Shown: positions 20,016 to 31,047, numbered from the stretch's first letter. The stretch: DNA of 64,000 nucleotides from an uncultured Alphaproteobacteria bacterium (GCA_963739005.1 CAVTYQ010000009.1:26014-90013); one strand, 5' to 3'. The notes: generated by a model from the letters alone, not told the origin. Program-made: numbers and translations.

Positions 20016-22106
20016 ATGGCAGACCTTCGCAAGCTCATCGTTGACGGCAAGGAAGTCGAGGTCCCGGCCCACTACACGCTGCTTCAGGCGTGCGAGGAGG
20101 CGGGGGCGGAGATTCCGCGCTTCTGCTTTCACGAGCGGCTGTCGATCGCCGGCAATTGCCGCATGTGCCTCGTCGAGCTGAAGGGCGCGCCGAAGCCGGT
20201 CGCCTCCTGCGCCTGGGGCGTGCGCGACTGCCGGCCGGGGCCGAACGGCGAGCCGCCGGAAGTGTTGACGCGCTCCAAGCTCACCAAGAAGGCGCGCGAA
20301 GGGGTGATGGAGTTCTTGCTCATCAACCACCCGCTCGACTGCCCGATCTGCGACCAGGGAGGCGAATGCGACCTGCAAGACCAGGCGATGGCCTACGGCG
20401 TCGATTCCTCGCGCTTCAAGGAGAACAAGCGCGCAGTCGAGGACAAAAATATCGGCCCGCTGGTGAAGACGATCATGACGCGCTGCATCCATTGCACGCG
20501 CTGCATCCGTTTCTCGACCGAGGTGGCGGGCGTCTCGGAGCTCGGCGCGACGGGCCGCGGCGAGGACATGGAGATCACGACCTATCTCGAACGCTCCATG
20601 ACCTCCGAGCTGCAGGCGAATGTCGTCGATCTCTGCCCGGTCGGCGCGCTCACTTCGGGACCCTATGCATTCAGGGCGCGACCCTGGGAGCTCTCGAAGA
20701 CCGAGTCCATCGATGTGATGGACGCGCTCGGCTCGAACATTCGCGTCGACGCGCGCGGCAAGGCGGTGCTGCGCATCCTGCCGCGCCTGAACGAGTCGGT
20801 GAACGAGGAATGGATCTCCGACAAGACGCGCCACTGCGTCGACGGGCTCGGCGTGCAGCGCCTCGATCAGCCTTACGTGCGCATCAACGGCCGGCTGCAT
20901 GCCGCGACCTGGCAGGAGGCGTTCGACGCGATCACGAAGCGCGTCGCCGCGACATCGGGCGCGAAGGTCGGCGCGCTCGCGGGCGATCTCGCGAGCGTCG
21001 AGGAGATGTACGCGCTGAAGCTGCTGGCGAAGGCACTCGACTCGGAGAACATCGACTGCCGGCAGGACGGCGCAGCGCTCGATCCCTCGCTTGGGCGCGG
21101 CAGCTACATTTTCAACTCTACGGTCGCCGGCATCGAGAACGCCGATGCGGTACTCATCGTCGGTTCGAACCCGCGCAAGGAAGCGCCGGTGCTGAACGCG
21201 CGCATCCGCAAGCGCTGGCGCATGGGCAACTTGCCCGTCGCGGTGATCGGCGAGCATGCCGATCTGACCTATGCCTACGAGCATCTCGGCGCGGGGCCGG
21301 ACTCTCTTTCGCGGCTCGCGGCGGGTGAAGGGACCTTCTACGAGAAGGTCAAGGCTGCGAAGCGGCCGCTCATCATCGTGGGGCAGGGCGCTCTTCAGCG
21401 CGAGAACGGCTCCGCGCTTCTCTCCGCCGTCGCGAAGCTTGCGCTCGACGTGGGTGCAGTGACGGACGAGTGGAACGGCTTCTCGGTGCTGCACACGGCG
21501 GCCGCGCGGGTGGGCGGACTCGACCTCGGCTTCGTGCCGGGGAAAGGCGGTTTCGGCGCGCGCGAGATCATGTCGGGCGCCGCGAAGCCCGACGTGCTTT
21601 TCCTCTTCGGCGTCGACGAAGTTGCCATTCCGGACGGGCCGTTCGTCGTCTACATCGGAACGCACGGCGACCAGGGCGCGCAACGCGCGGATATCATCCT
21701 GCCGGGCGCGGCTTATACAGAAAAATCAGGCACTTACGCGAACACGGAGGGGCGGGTGCAGAGCGGCAACCGCGCCGCTTTCCCGCCCGGCGACGCGCGC
21801 GAAGACTGGTCGATCCTGCGCGCGCTATCCGGCGTGCTCGGCAAGACGCTGCCCTTCGACAGTCTCTCGCAGCTTCGCGCGCATCTCTATCAGGCGTATC
21901 CGCATTTCGCCGACGTCGATCAGATCAAGCGCGGAGAGCGCGCCGATGTCGAGCGCCTCGCGGCGATCGGCGGTGCGATCGGCGGTGCCGCGTTCGAGAG
22001 CCCGGTCCGCGATTTCTATCTGACCAATCCGATCGCGCGCGCTTCGCAGGTTCTCGCCGAATGCTCGGCGATGCATCTTGGTCCGACGGCGGAGGCGGCG
22101 GAATAG
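20016..22106 (+). CDS. nuoG: NADH-quinone oxidoreductase subunit G
   Basis: 696 aa, N-terminal 2Fe-2S/4Fe-4S motifs (IPRFCFHERLSIAGNCRMCLVE, HPLDCPICDQGGECDLQD, RCIHCTRCIRF). Confidence 0.96.
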   Translation: MADLRKLIVDGKEVEVPAHYTLLQACEEAGAEIPRFCFHERLSIAGNCRMCLVELKGAPKPVASCAWGVRDCRPGPNGEPPEVLTRSKLTKKAREGVMEFLLINHPLDCPICDQGGECDLQDQAMAYGVDSSRFKENKRAVEDKNIGPLVKTIMTRCIHCTRCIRFSTEVAGVSELGATGRGEDMEITTYLERSMTSELQANVVDLCPVGALTSGPYAFRARPWELSKTESIDVMDALGSNIRVDARGKAVLRILPRLNESVNEEWISDKTRHCVDGLGVQRLDQPYVRINGRLHAATWQEAFDAITKRVAATSGAKVGALAGDLASVEEMYALKLLAKALDSENIDCRQDGAALDPSLGRGSYIFNSTVAGIENADAVLIVGSNPRKEAPVLNARIRKRWRMGNLPVAVIGEHADLTYAYEHLGAGPDSLSRLAAGEGTFYEKVKAAKRPLIIVGQGALQRENGSALLSAVAKLALDVGAVTDEWNGFSVLHTAAARVGGLDLGFVPGKGGFGAREIMSGAAKPDVLFLFGVDEVAIPDGPFVVYIGTHGDQGAQRADIILPGAAYTEKSGTYANTEGRVQSGNRAAFPPGDAREDWSILRALSGVLGKTLPFDSLSQLRAHLYQAYPHFADVDQIKRGERADVERLAAIGGAIGGAAFESPVRDFYLTNPIARASQVLAECSAMHLGPTAEAAE

Positions 22107-23171
22107 ATGAACGTCTTCGTCAGCGACTATCTGATCCCCGGCGTCATCATCGTCGTCGAAAGCGCGGTGCTGATGACCGCGCTCCTGATCGTGGTCGCCT
22201 ATCTCCTCTATGCCGATCGCAAGATATGGGCGGCGGTGCAGCTTCGGCGCGGCCCGAACGTGGTCGGCCCGTGGGGGATACTGCAGTCCTTCGCCGACCT
22301 TCTAAAATTCGCGCTGAAGGAGCCGGTGATCCCCTCGGCCTCCAACAAGGCGATCTTCCTGCTCGCGCCGCTCGTCTCGACGGTGCTTGCGCTTTCCGCC
22401 TGGGCGGTGATCCCGATCTCGGCCGGCTGGGTGGTCGCCGACATCAATGTCGGCATCCTCTACGTCTTCGCGATCTCGTCGCTCGAGGTCTACGGCGTGA
22501 TCATGGGAGGCTGGGCATCGAACTCGAAATACGCCTTCCTCGGCGCGCTCCGGTCGGCGGCGCAGATGGTTTCCTACGAAGTCTCGATCGGCTTCGTGAT
22601 CATCGCGGTGCTTCTTTGCGTCGGCTCGCTCAACCTCTCCGACATCGTGCTCTCGCAGACCGACGGCCTCGGCACGATGTTCGGGCTTCCCAACAGCCTG
22701 CTCGACTGGCACTGGCTGTCGCTCTTCCCGCTCTTCATCATCTTCTTCGTGTCCGGGCTCGCGGAGACGAACCGTCCGCCCTTCGATCTGCCTGAGGCGG
22801 AATTGGAGCTCGTCGCCGGCTTCATGGTCGAATATTCCTCCACGCCTTACATGATGTTCCTGCTCGGCGAATACGTCGCCGTCACGCTGATCTGCGCGCT
22901 GACAACCATCCTCTTCCTGGGCGGCTGGCTGCCGCCGATCGCAGTCGCGCCCTTCACCTGGGTGCCGGGCGTCGTCTGGTTCGTGCTCAAAATCTGCTTC
23001 GTCTTCTTCATGTTCGCCATGGTGAAGGCGATCGTGCCGCGTTACCGCTACGACCAGTTGATGCGCCTCGGCTGGAAGGTGTTCCTGCCGATCTCGCTCT
23101 TCGCCATCGTCGTCGTCGCCGTGGTGCTTCAGGCAACCGGCTGGGGCGGTCTGCCGGGAGGGGGCTCGTGA
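22107..23171 (+). CDS. nuoH: NADH-quinone oxidoreductase subunit H
   Basis: 354 aa polytopic membrane protein, ...[34 protein letters not shown]..., [13 protein letters not shown]. Confidence 0.96.
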   Translation: MNVFVSDYLIPGVIIVVESAVLMTALLIVVAYLLYADRKIWAAVQLRRGPNVVGPWGILQSFADLLKFALKEPVIPSASNKAIFLLAPLVSTVLALSAWAVIPISAGWVVADINVGILYVFAISSLEVYGVIMGGWASNSKYAFLGALRSAAQMVSYEVSIGFVIIAVLLCVGSLNLSDIVLSQTDGLGTMFGLPNSLLDWHWLSLFPLFIIFFVSGLAETNRPPFDLPEAELELVAGFMVEYSSTPYMMFLLGEYVAVTLICALTTILFLGGWLPPIAVAPFTWVPGVVWFVLKICFVFFMFAMVKAIVPRYRYDQLMRLGWKVFLPISLFAIVVVAVVLQATGWGGLPGGGS

Positions 23172-23386
23172 TGTCGATCCCTCTGATCGGCGCGCTCGTC
23201 GGCCTCGCCTTCGCGGTGCTTGAATACTTCGTATTCGGGACGCTGCTCCGCCGCTCGCTGGAGCGCGGCGCGAAGGGGGCCGGGCCAGCGATCCTCGACC
23301 TCGTGCGGAAGGCGCAGATCATCCTCTTTCCGATCATCGGCTATTTCGCCGGCTCGCTGTTCGCGAGCCAGAACGGAGCGTCATGA
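23171..23386 (+). CDS. Small two-helix membrane protein (71 aa) between nuoH and nuoI
   Basis: [26 protein letters not shown]...[28 protein letters not shown] 23171 shares its A with the nuoH TGA, and its TGA (23384-23386) overlaps nuoI ATG 23383. Confidence 0.6.
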   Translation: MSIPLIGALVGLAFAVLEYFVFGTLLRRSLERGAKGAGPAILDLVRKAQIILFPIIGYFAGSLFASQNGAS

Positions 23387-23877
23387 TGGGCAGGCTCGCG
23401 CAGGCCTCGGGCTCGCTTCTCCTGAAGGAATTCGTCTCGGCGACGTGGCTGGCGACGAAATATTTCTTCGGACCCAAGGCGACGATCAACTACCCCTTCG
23501 AGAAGGGGCACGTCAGCCCGCGCTTCCGCGGCGAGCATGTGCTTCGCCGCTATCCGAACGGCGAGGAGCGCTGCATCGCCTGCAAGCTCTGCGAGGCGAT
23601 CTGCCCGGCGCAGGCGATCACCATCGAGGCCGGGCCGCGACGGAACGACGGCACGCGCCGCACCGTGCGCTACGACATCGACATGGTGAAGTGCATTTAC
23701 TGCGGCTACTGCCAGGAATCTTGCCCGGTCGACGCTATCGTCGAGGGGCCGAATTTCGAATTCGCCACGGAGACGCGCGAAGAGCTCTACTACGACAAGG
23801 CGAAGCTCTTGGCGAATGGCGACCGCTGGGAGCGCGACATCGCCAAGAACATCGCGCTCGATGCGCCGTACCGGTAG
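23383..23877 (+). CDS. nuoI: NADH-quinone oxidoreductase subunit I
   Basis: 164 aa with two 4Fe-4S ferredoxin motifs ([24 protein letters not shown]). Confidence 0.96.
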   Translation: MMGRLAQASGSLLLKEFVSATWLATKYFFGPKATINYPFEKGHVSPRFRGEHVLRRYPNGEERCIACKLCEAICPAQAITIEAGPRRNDGTRRTVRYDIDMVKCIYCGYCQESCPVDAIVEGPNFEFATETREELYYDKAKLLANGDRWERDIAKNIALDAPYR

Positions 23878-23902
23878 CACAGCTCATGGCATCCACCACA
23901 AC

Positions 23903-24021
23903 CCTCATGCTGAGGTGCCCGCCGCTGGCGGGCCTCGAAGCACGCGATGCGGTATTCCGGGCGACCTCTGGATGCTCCTTCGAGGCTCGCGCCGCAAAGG
24001 CGCTCGCACCTCAGGATGAGG
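23903..24021. repeat. Composite palindromic (REP/MITE-like) element in the nuoI-nuoJ spacer
   Basis: Terminal inverted repeat cctcatGctgaggtgc (23903-23918) versus the reverse complement of gcacctcaggatgagg (24006-24021), 15/16 match. Each arm carries its own GC hairpin (e.g. gcccgcc-gct-ggcgggc, 23917-23933) and a cctcgaag/cttcgagg pair. Confidence 0.6.
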
Positions 24022-24112
24022 CGGATGGATGTGATCGGCCGAGGTTACTTGTGGCCGCAATGTCGGTCGCCGCGTGGACGACGCGCAGGCACTCCGCTAT
24101 GAGACGCGCCGC

Positions 24113-24730
24113 ATGATCCTGCAGCCGCTCTTCTTCTACCTGTTCTCGATCATGACCGTGGCGGCGGCCTTCATGGTCATCGCGGCGCGGAATCCGGTGC
24201 ATTCCGTGCTCTTCCTGATCCTCGCCTTTTTCAACGCGGCCGGGCTCTTCATCCTTCTCGGCGCCGAGTTTCTGGCGATGATCCTGGTCGTGGTCTATGT
24301 CGGCGCGGTCGCCGTGCTCTTCCTCTTCGTCGTGATGATGCTCGATGTCGACTTCGCCGAGCTGCGCGAGGGCTTTCTGCAATATCTGCCGATCGGAGGA
24401 CTGGTCGGCGTGATCCTTTTGATCGAGCTGGTGCTCGTGCTCGGCGGTGTGCTCGTCACACCCGGGGAGATCGCCGGCGCCGCCCCGACGCCGCCGGCCG
24501 ATCAGGTGACCAACCTCGCCGCGATCGGCGCGCTTCTCTACACACGCTACATCTTCTTCTTCCAAATGGCCGGCATAATCCTTCTCGTCGCGATGGTCGG
24601 CGCGATCGTGCTGACGCTTCGCCACAAGGAGGGCGTGAAGCGCCAGAGCATCGCGGCGCAGGTCGGACGCAATCCCAAGACCGCTGTCGAGGTCATGCAT
24701 CCGGAAACGGGGAAAGGCCTTTCCGGATGA
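24113..24730 (+). CDS. nuoJ: NADH-quinone oxidoreductase subunit J
   Basis: 205 aa, [46 protein letters not shown].... Track ORF 24074..24730 trimmed to ATG 24113. Confidence 0.93.
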   Translation: MILQPLFFYLFSIMTVAAAFMVIAARNPVHSVLFLILAFFNAAGLFILLGAEFLAMILVVVYVGAVAVLFLFVVMMLDVDFAELREGFLQYLPIGGLVGVILLIELVLVLGGVLVTPGEIAGAAPTPPADQVTNLAAIGALLYTRYIFFFQMAGIILLVAMVGAIVLTLRHKEGVKRQSIAAQVGRNPKTAVEVMHPETGKGLSG

Positions 24731-25035
24731 CGATCGGTCTCGGCCACTATCTGATCGTCGCGGCGATCCTCTTCACGCTCGGGGTCTTCGGCATCTTCCT
24801 CAACCGCAAAAACGTCATCATCATCCTGATGGCGATCGAACTGATCCTCCTGGCGGTCAACATCAATCTCGTCGCCTTCTCCGCCTTCCTCGGCGACATG
24901 ACCGGACAGATCTTCGCGCTGCTGGTGCTGACGGTAGCCGCCGCGGAGGCCGCGATCGGGCTCGCCATCCTCGTCGTCTTCTACCGCAATCGCGGCACCA
25001 TCGCGGTTGAGGACATCAACATGATGAAGGGCTGA
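24727..25035 (+). CDS. nuoK: NADH-quinone oxidoreductase subunit K
   Basis: 102 aa, three TM helices, ...[21 protein letters not shown].... The start overlaps the nuoJ stop. Confidence 0.95.
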   Translation: MTIGLGHYLIVAAILFTLGVFGIFLNRKNVIIILMAIELILLAVNINLVAFSAFLGDMTGQIFALLVLTVAAAEAAIGLAILVVFYRNRGTIAVEDINMMKG

Positions 25036-25040
25036 CGGCC

Positions 25041-27110
25041 TTGTATTCGGCGATCGTCTTCCTGCCGCTTCTCGGCGCGATCATCGCGGGGGTCATCGCG
25101 ATCTTCGGCGCCGGCGTACGGCATCCAGGCGGCGAGCCGGATGCCGGCGGACACGCCGGCCATGCCCATGCGGAGAGCCACGCCGCTCATGGCGATCATG
25201 ACGACGCTCATGGCCACGGCCACCATCCGGCGGCGCAGGGCTCGCGCGCCGCGGAGCTCGTGACCTGCGGCCTTCTTGTCGTCTGCGCTATCCTCTCCTG
25301 GGTCTCGTTCTTCCAGGTGGCGTTCGGGGCAGGCGAGGTCTTCACGGTCCCGGTCTTCTCCTGGATACATTCCGGCTCGCTCGTTGCCGACTGGTCGCTC
25401 CGCATCGACACTCTCACCGTGGTGATGCTCGTCGTCGTCAACACCGTGTCGTCGCTCGTGCACATCTACTCGATCGGCTACATGGCGCACGATCCGCACC
25501 GGCCGCGCTTCTTCGCCTATCTCTCGTTCTTCACCTTCGCCATGCTGATGCTGGTGACGGCGAACAACCTCGTGCAGATGTTCTTCGGCTGGGAGGGCGT
25601 TGGCCTCGCCTCCTATCTGCTGATCGGCTTCTGGTACGACCGCCCGTCGGCGAATGCCGCTGCGATCAAGGCCTTCGTCGTCAACCGCATCGGCGACTTC
25701 GGCTTCGCACTCGGCATCTTCGGCGTCTTCTATCTTTTCTCGTCGGTCGACCTCGACACGATCTTCGCCAACGCGTCTTCGGTGGCGGAGAACAAGGACG
25801 TCGTCCTCCACATCTTCGGCCATGCCTTGGACGGGCGCGGCGCGATCACCGTCGTCGCGCTGCTTCTCTTCATGGGCGCGATGGGAAAATCCGCGCAGGT
25901 GCCGCTCCACACATGGCTGCCCGACGCCATGGAAGGCCCGACGCCGGTCTCCGCCTTGATCCACGCCGCGACCATGGTGACGGCCGGCGTCTTCATGGTG
26001 GCGCGGCTCTCGCCGATCTTCGCACTGTCGGAGACGGCGCTCGCGGCGGTCATCCTGGTCGGCGCGATCACGGCATTCTTCGCGGCGACTGTCGGCCTCG
26101 TGCAGAACGACATCAAGCGCGTCGTCGCTTATTCGACCTGCTCGCAGCTCGGCTACATGTTCGTGGCGCTCGGCGTCGGCGCTTATCCGGTGGCGATCTT
26201 CCACCTCTTCACGCACGCCTTCTTCAAGGCGCTGCTCTTCCTCGGCTCGGGCTCGGTGATCCACGCCGTCGCGGACGAGCAGGACATGCGCAAGATGGGT
26301 GGCCTCAAGACAGTCATCCCGGTCACCTATTGGATGATGATCGCCGGCACGCTGTCGCTCATCGGCTTCCCGCTCACCGCCGGATATTTCTCGAAGGACG
26401 CGATCATCGAAGCCGCGCATGCGGGCGGCGCGGGTGTCGCCTTCTTCGCCTTCATCCTCCTCGTCATCGCCGCCGCCTTCACCTCGTTCTACTCCTGGCG
26501 CCTGATCTTCATGACCTTCCACGGCACGCCGCGCGCGCCGAAGGAGGTGATGGACCACGCGCATGAGAGTCCGCAGGTGATGCTGGTGCCGCTCTATATC
26601 CTCGCGGCCGGCGCGCTCTTCGCCGGGCTGATCTTTGCCGGGCCGTTCATCGAGGAACGGGCCGCCGCGTTCTGGAAGAGCTCGCTCGTCCTGAACACCG
26701 ATCTGTTCGAGACGATGCACCACACGAGCTTCTGGATATCGGTGCTGCCGACGATCGCGATGCTTCTCGGCTTCGCCGTCGCCTGGTGGTTCTACATCGC
26801 GCGGCCGGAGACGCCCGTCTATCTCGCGGACGAGCAGCGCGTGCTCTACCGCTTCCTCCTGAACAAGTGGTACTTCGACGAGATCTACGACTTCCTGCTC
26901 GTGCGGCCGACGATGGCGCTGGGTCGCTTCCTCTGGAAGAGGGGCGACGGATGGCTGATTGACGGGTTCGGGCCTGACGGCGTGTCGGCGCGCGTCATCG
27001 ACGTCACGCGAAACGTGGTCCGCCTGCAGACCGGCTACCTCTACCACTACGCCTTCGCGATGCTCCTCGGCATCGCGCTCCTCGTCACCTGGATGATGTT
27101 CGGGGGATGA
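25041..27110 (+). CDS. nuoL: NADH-quinone oxidoreductase subunit L (with a His-rich loop after TM1)
   Basis: 689 aa, antiporter-like subunit ([46 protein letters not shown]). TTG start at 25041. Confidence 0.95.
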   Translation: MYSAIVFLPLLGAIIAGVIAIFGAGVRHPGGEPDAGGHAGHAHAESHAAHGDHDDAHGHGHHPAAQGSRAAELVTCGLLVVCAILSWVSFFQVAFGAGEVFTVPVFSWIHSGSLVADWSLRIDTLTVVMLVVVNTVSSLVHIYSIGYMAHDPHRPRFFAYLSFFTFAMLMLVTANNLVQMFFGWEGVGLASYLLIGFWYDRPSANAAAIKAFVVNRIGDFGFALGIFGVFYLFSSVDLDTIFANASSVAENKDVVLHIFGHALDGRGAITVVALLLFMGAMGKSAQVPLHTWLPDAMEGPTPVSALIHAATMVTAGVFMVARLSPIFALSETALAAVILVGAITAFFAATVGLVQNDIKRVVAYSTCSQLGYMFVALGVGAYPVAIFHLFTHAFFKALLFLGSGSVIHAVADEQDMRKMGGLKTVIPVTYWMMIAGTLSLIGFPLTAGYFSKDAIIEAAHAGGAGVAFFAFILLVIAAAFTSFYSWRLIFMTFHGTPRAPKEVMDHAHESPQVMLVPLYILAAGALFAGLIFAGPFIEERAAAFWKSSLVLNTDLFETMHHTSFWISVLPTIAMLLGFAVAWWFYIARPETPVYLADEQRVLYRFLLNKWYFDEIYDFLLVRPTMALGRFLWKRGDGWLIDGFGPDGVSARVIDVTRNVVRLQTGYLYHYAFAMLLGIALLVTWMMFGG

Positions 27111-27135
27111 GAAAGATGGCGAAGGAGATACAAGC

Positions 27136-27268
27136 CACGACGACGTTTAGGGGACCGCATCCCTTATCGTCGTCATGCCCGGACTCGATCCGGGCATCCA
27201 TTCCGTCGCGGTTGGCGCCGAGCACGACGGTTACGGAATGGATTGCCGGGTCAAGCCCGGCAATGACG
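27136..27268. repeat. Stacked palindromic (REP-like) elements in the nuoL-nuoM spacer
   Basis: A ~36-bp imperfect inverted repeat, cgtcatgcccggactcgatccgggcatccattccgt (27171-27206) versus acggaatggattgccgggtcaagcccggcaatgacg (27233-27268). Each arm is itself a hairpin (catgcccgg..ccgggcat; ttgccggg..cccggcaa). It is preceded by gacgacg...cgtcgtc (27138-27174). Confidence 0.6.
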
Positions 27269-27291
27269 ACAGGCGTTGAGGATGGCCCGCG

Positions 27292-28803
27292 ATGAACTGG
27301 CCGATCCTCTCCGCGGTCACCTACCTGCCGCTCGCCGGCGCGGCGATCATCTTCTTTTTCATCCGCGGCGACAGCGAGGCGGTCAAGCGGAACATCCGCA
27401 TGGTGGCGCTCGGCGTGACCGTCCTCACGTTCCTCGTCTCGCTGCTGATCTGGTGGAACTTCGACCCTTCGAACCCCGGCTTCCAGTTCGTCGAGGAGGC
27501 CGCTTGGACCGGCTCCTTCATGACCTACCGCATGGGGGTCGACGGAATCTCCATGCTCTTCGTGATCCTGACCACGCTCCTGATGCCGTTCTGCATCCTG
27601 GCGAGCTGGCGGGTGATCGGGACGCGCCTCAAGGAATACATGGTCGCATTCCTGGTGCTGGAGACGCTGATGATCGGCGTCTTCACGGCGCTCGACCTGA
27701 TCCTCTTCTACGTGTTCTTCGAGGCCGGCCTGATCCCGATGTTCCTGATCATCGGGGTGTGGGGCGGTCCGAGGCGTGTCTACGCCGCCTTCAAGTTCTT
27801 CCTCTACACGCTGCTCGGCTCTGTGCTGATGCTGCTCGCCATGATGGCGATGTACTGGGACGCAGGCACGACCTCGATACCGGTGCTTTTGACCCACCAG
27901 TTCCCCGCCTCGATGCAGACCTGGCTGTGGCTCGCCTTCCTCGCGTCCTTCGCGGTGAAGCTCCCGATGTGGCCGGTGCACACTTGGTTGCCGGACGCGC
28001 ATGTCGAGGCGCCGACGGCGGGCTCGGTCGTGCTCGCGGCGATCCTCCTGAAGATGGGCGGCTACGGCTTCCTGCGATTCTCGCTGCCGATGTTCCCGCT
28101 CGCGAGCGCCGACCTCGCGCCGTTCATCTACGCGCTCTCCATCGTCGCCATCATCTACACCTCGCTCGTGGCGCTGATGCAGGAGGACGTGAAGAAGCTC
28201 ATCGCCTATTCCTCGGTCGCCCACATGGGCTTCGTCACCATGGGCATCTTCACGCTGACGGCGCAGGGCGTGCAGGGCGGCATCTTCCAGATGCTTTCGC
28301 ACGGCATCGTCTCGGGCGCGCTCTTCCTTTGCGTCGGTGTCATCTACGACCGCATGCACACGCGCGAGATCAGCGCCTACGGCGGGCTGGTGAATCGCAT
28401 GCCGTGGTACGCCTTCGCCTTCATGGTCTTCACCATGGCCAATGTCGGGCTTCCCGGCACTTCGGGATTCGTCGGCGAATTCCTGACGCTGATCGGCGCT
28501 TTCCAGGCGAATACCTGGGTGGCGGTGCTCGCCACGACGGGGGTGATCCTCTCCGCTTGCTACGCGCTCTGGCTCTATCGCCGGGTGATCTTCGGCAAGC
28601 TGGAGAAGGCGAGCCTCGCCGCGATCCTCGACCTTTCGCTCCGCGAGAAGGTGATCCTGGTCCCGCTCATCGCGCTCACGATCTTCTTCGGCGTCTATCC
28701 GCGGCCGATCATGGACGTGACCGCGGCCTCCGTCGACAACCTGATCCAGAACTACCATGCGGCGGTCGCAAGCAGCGCCGCCACGGCGCTGGCGACACGG
28801 TAG
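27292..28803 (+). CDS. nuoM: NADH-quinone oxidoreductase subunit M
   Basis: 503 aa, ...[40 protein letters not shown].... Confidence 0.96.
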   Translation: MNWPILSAVTYLPLAGAAIIFFFIRGDSEAVKRNIRMVALGVTVLTFLVSLLIWWNFDPSNPGFQFVEEAAWTGSFMTYRMGVDGISMLFVILTTLLMPFCILASWRVIGTRLKEYMVAFLVLETLMIGVFTALDLILFYVFFEAGLIPMFLIIGVWGGPRRVYAAFKFFLYTLLGSVLMLLAMMAMYWDAGTTSIPVLLTHQFPASMQTWLWLAFLASFAVKLPMWPVHTWLPDAHVEAPTAGSVVLAAILLKMGGYGFLRFSLPMFPLASADLAPFIYALSIVAIIYTSLVALMQEDVKKLIAYSSVAHMGFVTMGIFTLTAQGVQGGIFQMLSHGIVSGALFLCVGVIYDRMHTREISAYGGLVNRMPWYAFAFMVFTMANVGLPGTSGFVGEFLTLIGAFQANTWVAVLATTGVILSACYALWLYRRVIFGKLEKASLAAILDLSLREKVILVPLIALTIFFGVYPRPIMDVTAASVDNLIQNYHAAVASSAATALATR

Positions 28804-28812
28804 GGGGAAGCG

Positions 28813-30246
28813 ATGTCGCCGGCTGACCTCCCCGCTCTCGCCACGATCCTCCCCGAACTGATCCTCGCAATCGGAGCGCTCGCGCTCCTGATGGTCGGCG
28901 CCTATGCGGGCGAACGCGCGACGCCGGCGATCAATGCGCTCGCCGTGCTCATCCTTGCCGCTGCCGTTGTCGCGGTCGCCTTCGGCGGCGGAGACGGCGC
29001 GGCGTTCGGCGGCGCGTTCGTCGTCGACACCTTCTCGCGCTTCATGAAGGTGGTGACGCTTGTCGCTTCCGCGATCGCGATCGTGATGGCGCTGCGCTTC
29101 GCGCGAGCGGAGCGCTTCGACCGCTTCGAGTTCCCCGTGCTGGTGCTCCTCGCGACGCTCGGCATGCTGGTGATGATCTCAGCGAACGATCTCATCACGC
29201 TCTATCTCGGCCTGGAGATGAATTCGCTCGCGTCCTATGTCGTCGCCGCGATCCATCGCGACAATGCGCGGTCGAGCGAGGCGGGCCTCAAGTATTTTGT
29301 GCTCGGCGCGCTCTCCTCCGGCATGCTCCTTTACGGCGCGTCGCTCGTTTACGGCTTCACCGGACACACCGGCTTCGAGCCGATCGCGGCGGCGCTCGCT
29401 GGCGGGCGCTCGATCGGGCTCGTCGTCGGGCTCGTCTTTCTGCTGGCGGGGCTTGCATTCAAGATCTCGGCGGTGCCGTTCCACATGTGGACGCCCGACG
29501 TCTATGAGGGTGCGCCGACGCCAGTGACGGCGTTCTTCGCTTCCGCTCCGAAGCTCGCGGCAATGGCGCTCATCGTGCGCGTCGTCATCGAGGCGTTCCG
29601 GCCGATCGCCGTCGACTGGCAGCAGATCGTCGCGTTCATCGCCATCGCCTCGATGGTGCTCGGCTCCTTCGCCGCGATCGGACAGACCAACATCAAGCGG
29701 CTGATGGCCTACTCCTCGATCGGCCACATGGGTTTTGCGCTCGTCGGTCTCGCCGCTGGCACGGAGCAGGGCGTGCAGGGCGTGATCCTCTACATCGTGA
29801 TCTACCTGGCGATGACGCTCGGCGCGTTCGCGGCCATCCTCGCCATGCGCCGGGACGGAGTCATGATCGAGGAGATCGACTCTCTCGCCGGGCTGGCGCG
29901 CACCAAGCCGGCGATGGCGTTCCTGCTCGGAACCATCCTCTTCTCGCTCGCAGGCATCCCGCCGCTCGCGGGGTTCTTCGCGAAATACTACGTTTTCCTT
30001 GCCGCCATACAGTCGGGGCTTTATCTCCTTGCAGTAATCGGCGTCGTGACCAGCGTGATCGGCGCCTACTACTATTTGAGGATCGTCAAGCTCATGTATT
30101 TCGACGAGCCGGAGGCGGGCTTCGAGGCGCTCCCCACGGAGCTTGGGGCCGTACTCGGGATCTCCGGCGTCCTCATGCTCGGCTTCGTGGTGATTGCCGG
30201 ACCGCTCGTTGACGCGGCGGGCGCCGCCGCTCACAGCCTCTTCTAG
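28813..30246 (+). CDS. nuoN: NADH-quinone oxidoreductase subunit N
   Basis: 477 aa, ...[30 protein letters not shown].... Last gene of the operon. Confidence 0.95.
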   Translation: MSPADLPALATILPELILAIGALALLMVGAYAGERATPAINALAVLILAAAVVAVAFGGGDGAAFGGAFVVDTFSRFMKVVTLVASAIAIVMALRFARAERFDRFEFPVLVLLATLGMLVMISANDLITLYLGLEMNSLASYVVAAIHRDNARSSEAGLKYFVLGALSSGMLLYGASLVYGFTGHTGFEPIAAALAGGRSIGLVVGLVFLLAGLAFKISAVPFHMWTPDVYEGAPTPVTAFFASAPKLAAMALIVRVVIEAFRPIAVDWQQIVAFIAIASMVLGSFAAIGQTNIKRLMAYSSIGHMGFALVGLAAGTEQGVQGVILYIVIYLAMTLGAFAAILAMRRDGVMIEEIDSLAGLARTKPAMAFLLGTILFSLAGIPPLAGFFAKYYVFLAAIQSGLYLLAVIGVVTSVIGAYYYLRIVKLMYFDEPEAGFEALPTELGAVLGISGVLMLGFVVIAGPLVDAAGAAAHSLF

Positions 30247-30249
30247 CGG

Positions 30250-31047
30250 ATGGCCCATACCCTTGGCCCCAAGGCGCAAGCCGCCGGCTATCGTCTCGCG
30301 TCCTACGAGTCCGTCGGCTCGACGAGCAACGAAGCCTTCGCCTGGGCGCGGCTTGGCGACCCGGGTCGGCTCTGGGTCGCGGCCCGATCACAGACGCAAG
30401 GCTATGGCCGTCGCGGTCGAACCTGGCAGACGCCGGAAGGCAACCTCGCGGCGAGCCTCCTGATGCTGGAATCCGACCTCGGCTCCGTCGCGGCGACCCT
30501 CGGCTTCGTCGCGGGGCTGGCGCTTGACGACGCCATTCACTCGCTCAGCGGCGCTGGCGCGAAGCCCGGAGGGTCGGTCAAGCTCAAATGGCCGAACGAC
30601 CTCTTGTGCAGCGACGGGGGGAAGGTCGCCGGCATCCTGCTTGAGGCCGTGTCGCTCGTCGGCGCGCCGAAATGCGTGGTCATCGGTTTCGGCGTGAACG
30701 TTCGCGAGGCACCAATCGGCGTGCCCTATCCGGCGACATCGCTTTTTGCGTGCGGGATCGAGACCGACCCGGAGACGGTCCTTCAGGCGCTCGCCGAGGC
30801 ATGGGTTGATCATGCCGCGTTGTGGAGCGGCGGAATCGGATTTGGGACGATCCGCGAGCGCTGGCTCGCGAACGCGGTCGGTATCGGCGGGCCGATCTCG
30901 GTCAACGTCGGCGACGAGACGGTCAGCGGCACGTTCGAGACAATCGATCTTGAGGGCCGGCTTATCGTCCGCCGCGGCGACGGCGTCGCGCACCCAATCA
31001 GCGCCGGCGACGTGCAGTTCGGCACAGCGGCGACAGCGAGACACTGA
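30250..31047 (+). CDS. birA: Biotin--[acetyl-CoA-carboxylase] ligase (no N-terminal HTH domain)
   Basis: 265 aa, ...QTQGYGRRGRTWQTPEGNLAASL..., KWPNDLL..GGKVAGILLE. It starts 3 nt after the nuoN stop. Confidence 0.85.
   Translation: MAHTLGPKAQAAGYRLASYESVGSTSNEAFAWARLGDPGRLWVAARSQTQGYGRRGRTWQTPEGNLAASLLMLESDLGSVAATLGFVAGLALDDAIHSLSGAGAKPGGSVKLKWPNDLLCSDGGKVAGILLEAVSLVGAPKCVVIGFGVNVREAPIGVPYPATSLFACGIETDPETVLQALAEAWVDHAALWSGGIGFGTIRERWLANAVGIGGPISVNVGDETVSGTFETIDLEGRLIVRRGDGVAHPISAGDVQFGTAATARH

Noticed and set aside
23816-24116. ORFs 23816..24019 and 23220..24116 crossing the nuoI-nuoJ spacer, and ORF 27107..27295 in the nuoL-nuoM spacer, considered as possible extra nuo genes.
   Set aside because: They run through palindromic repeat elements. 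There is no SD, they overlap nuoI or nuoJ out of frame, and the peptide sequences are what those repeats give when translated.
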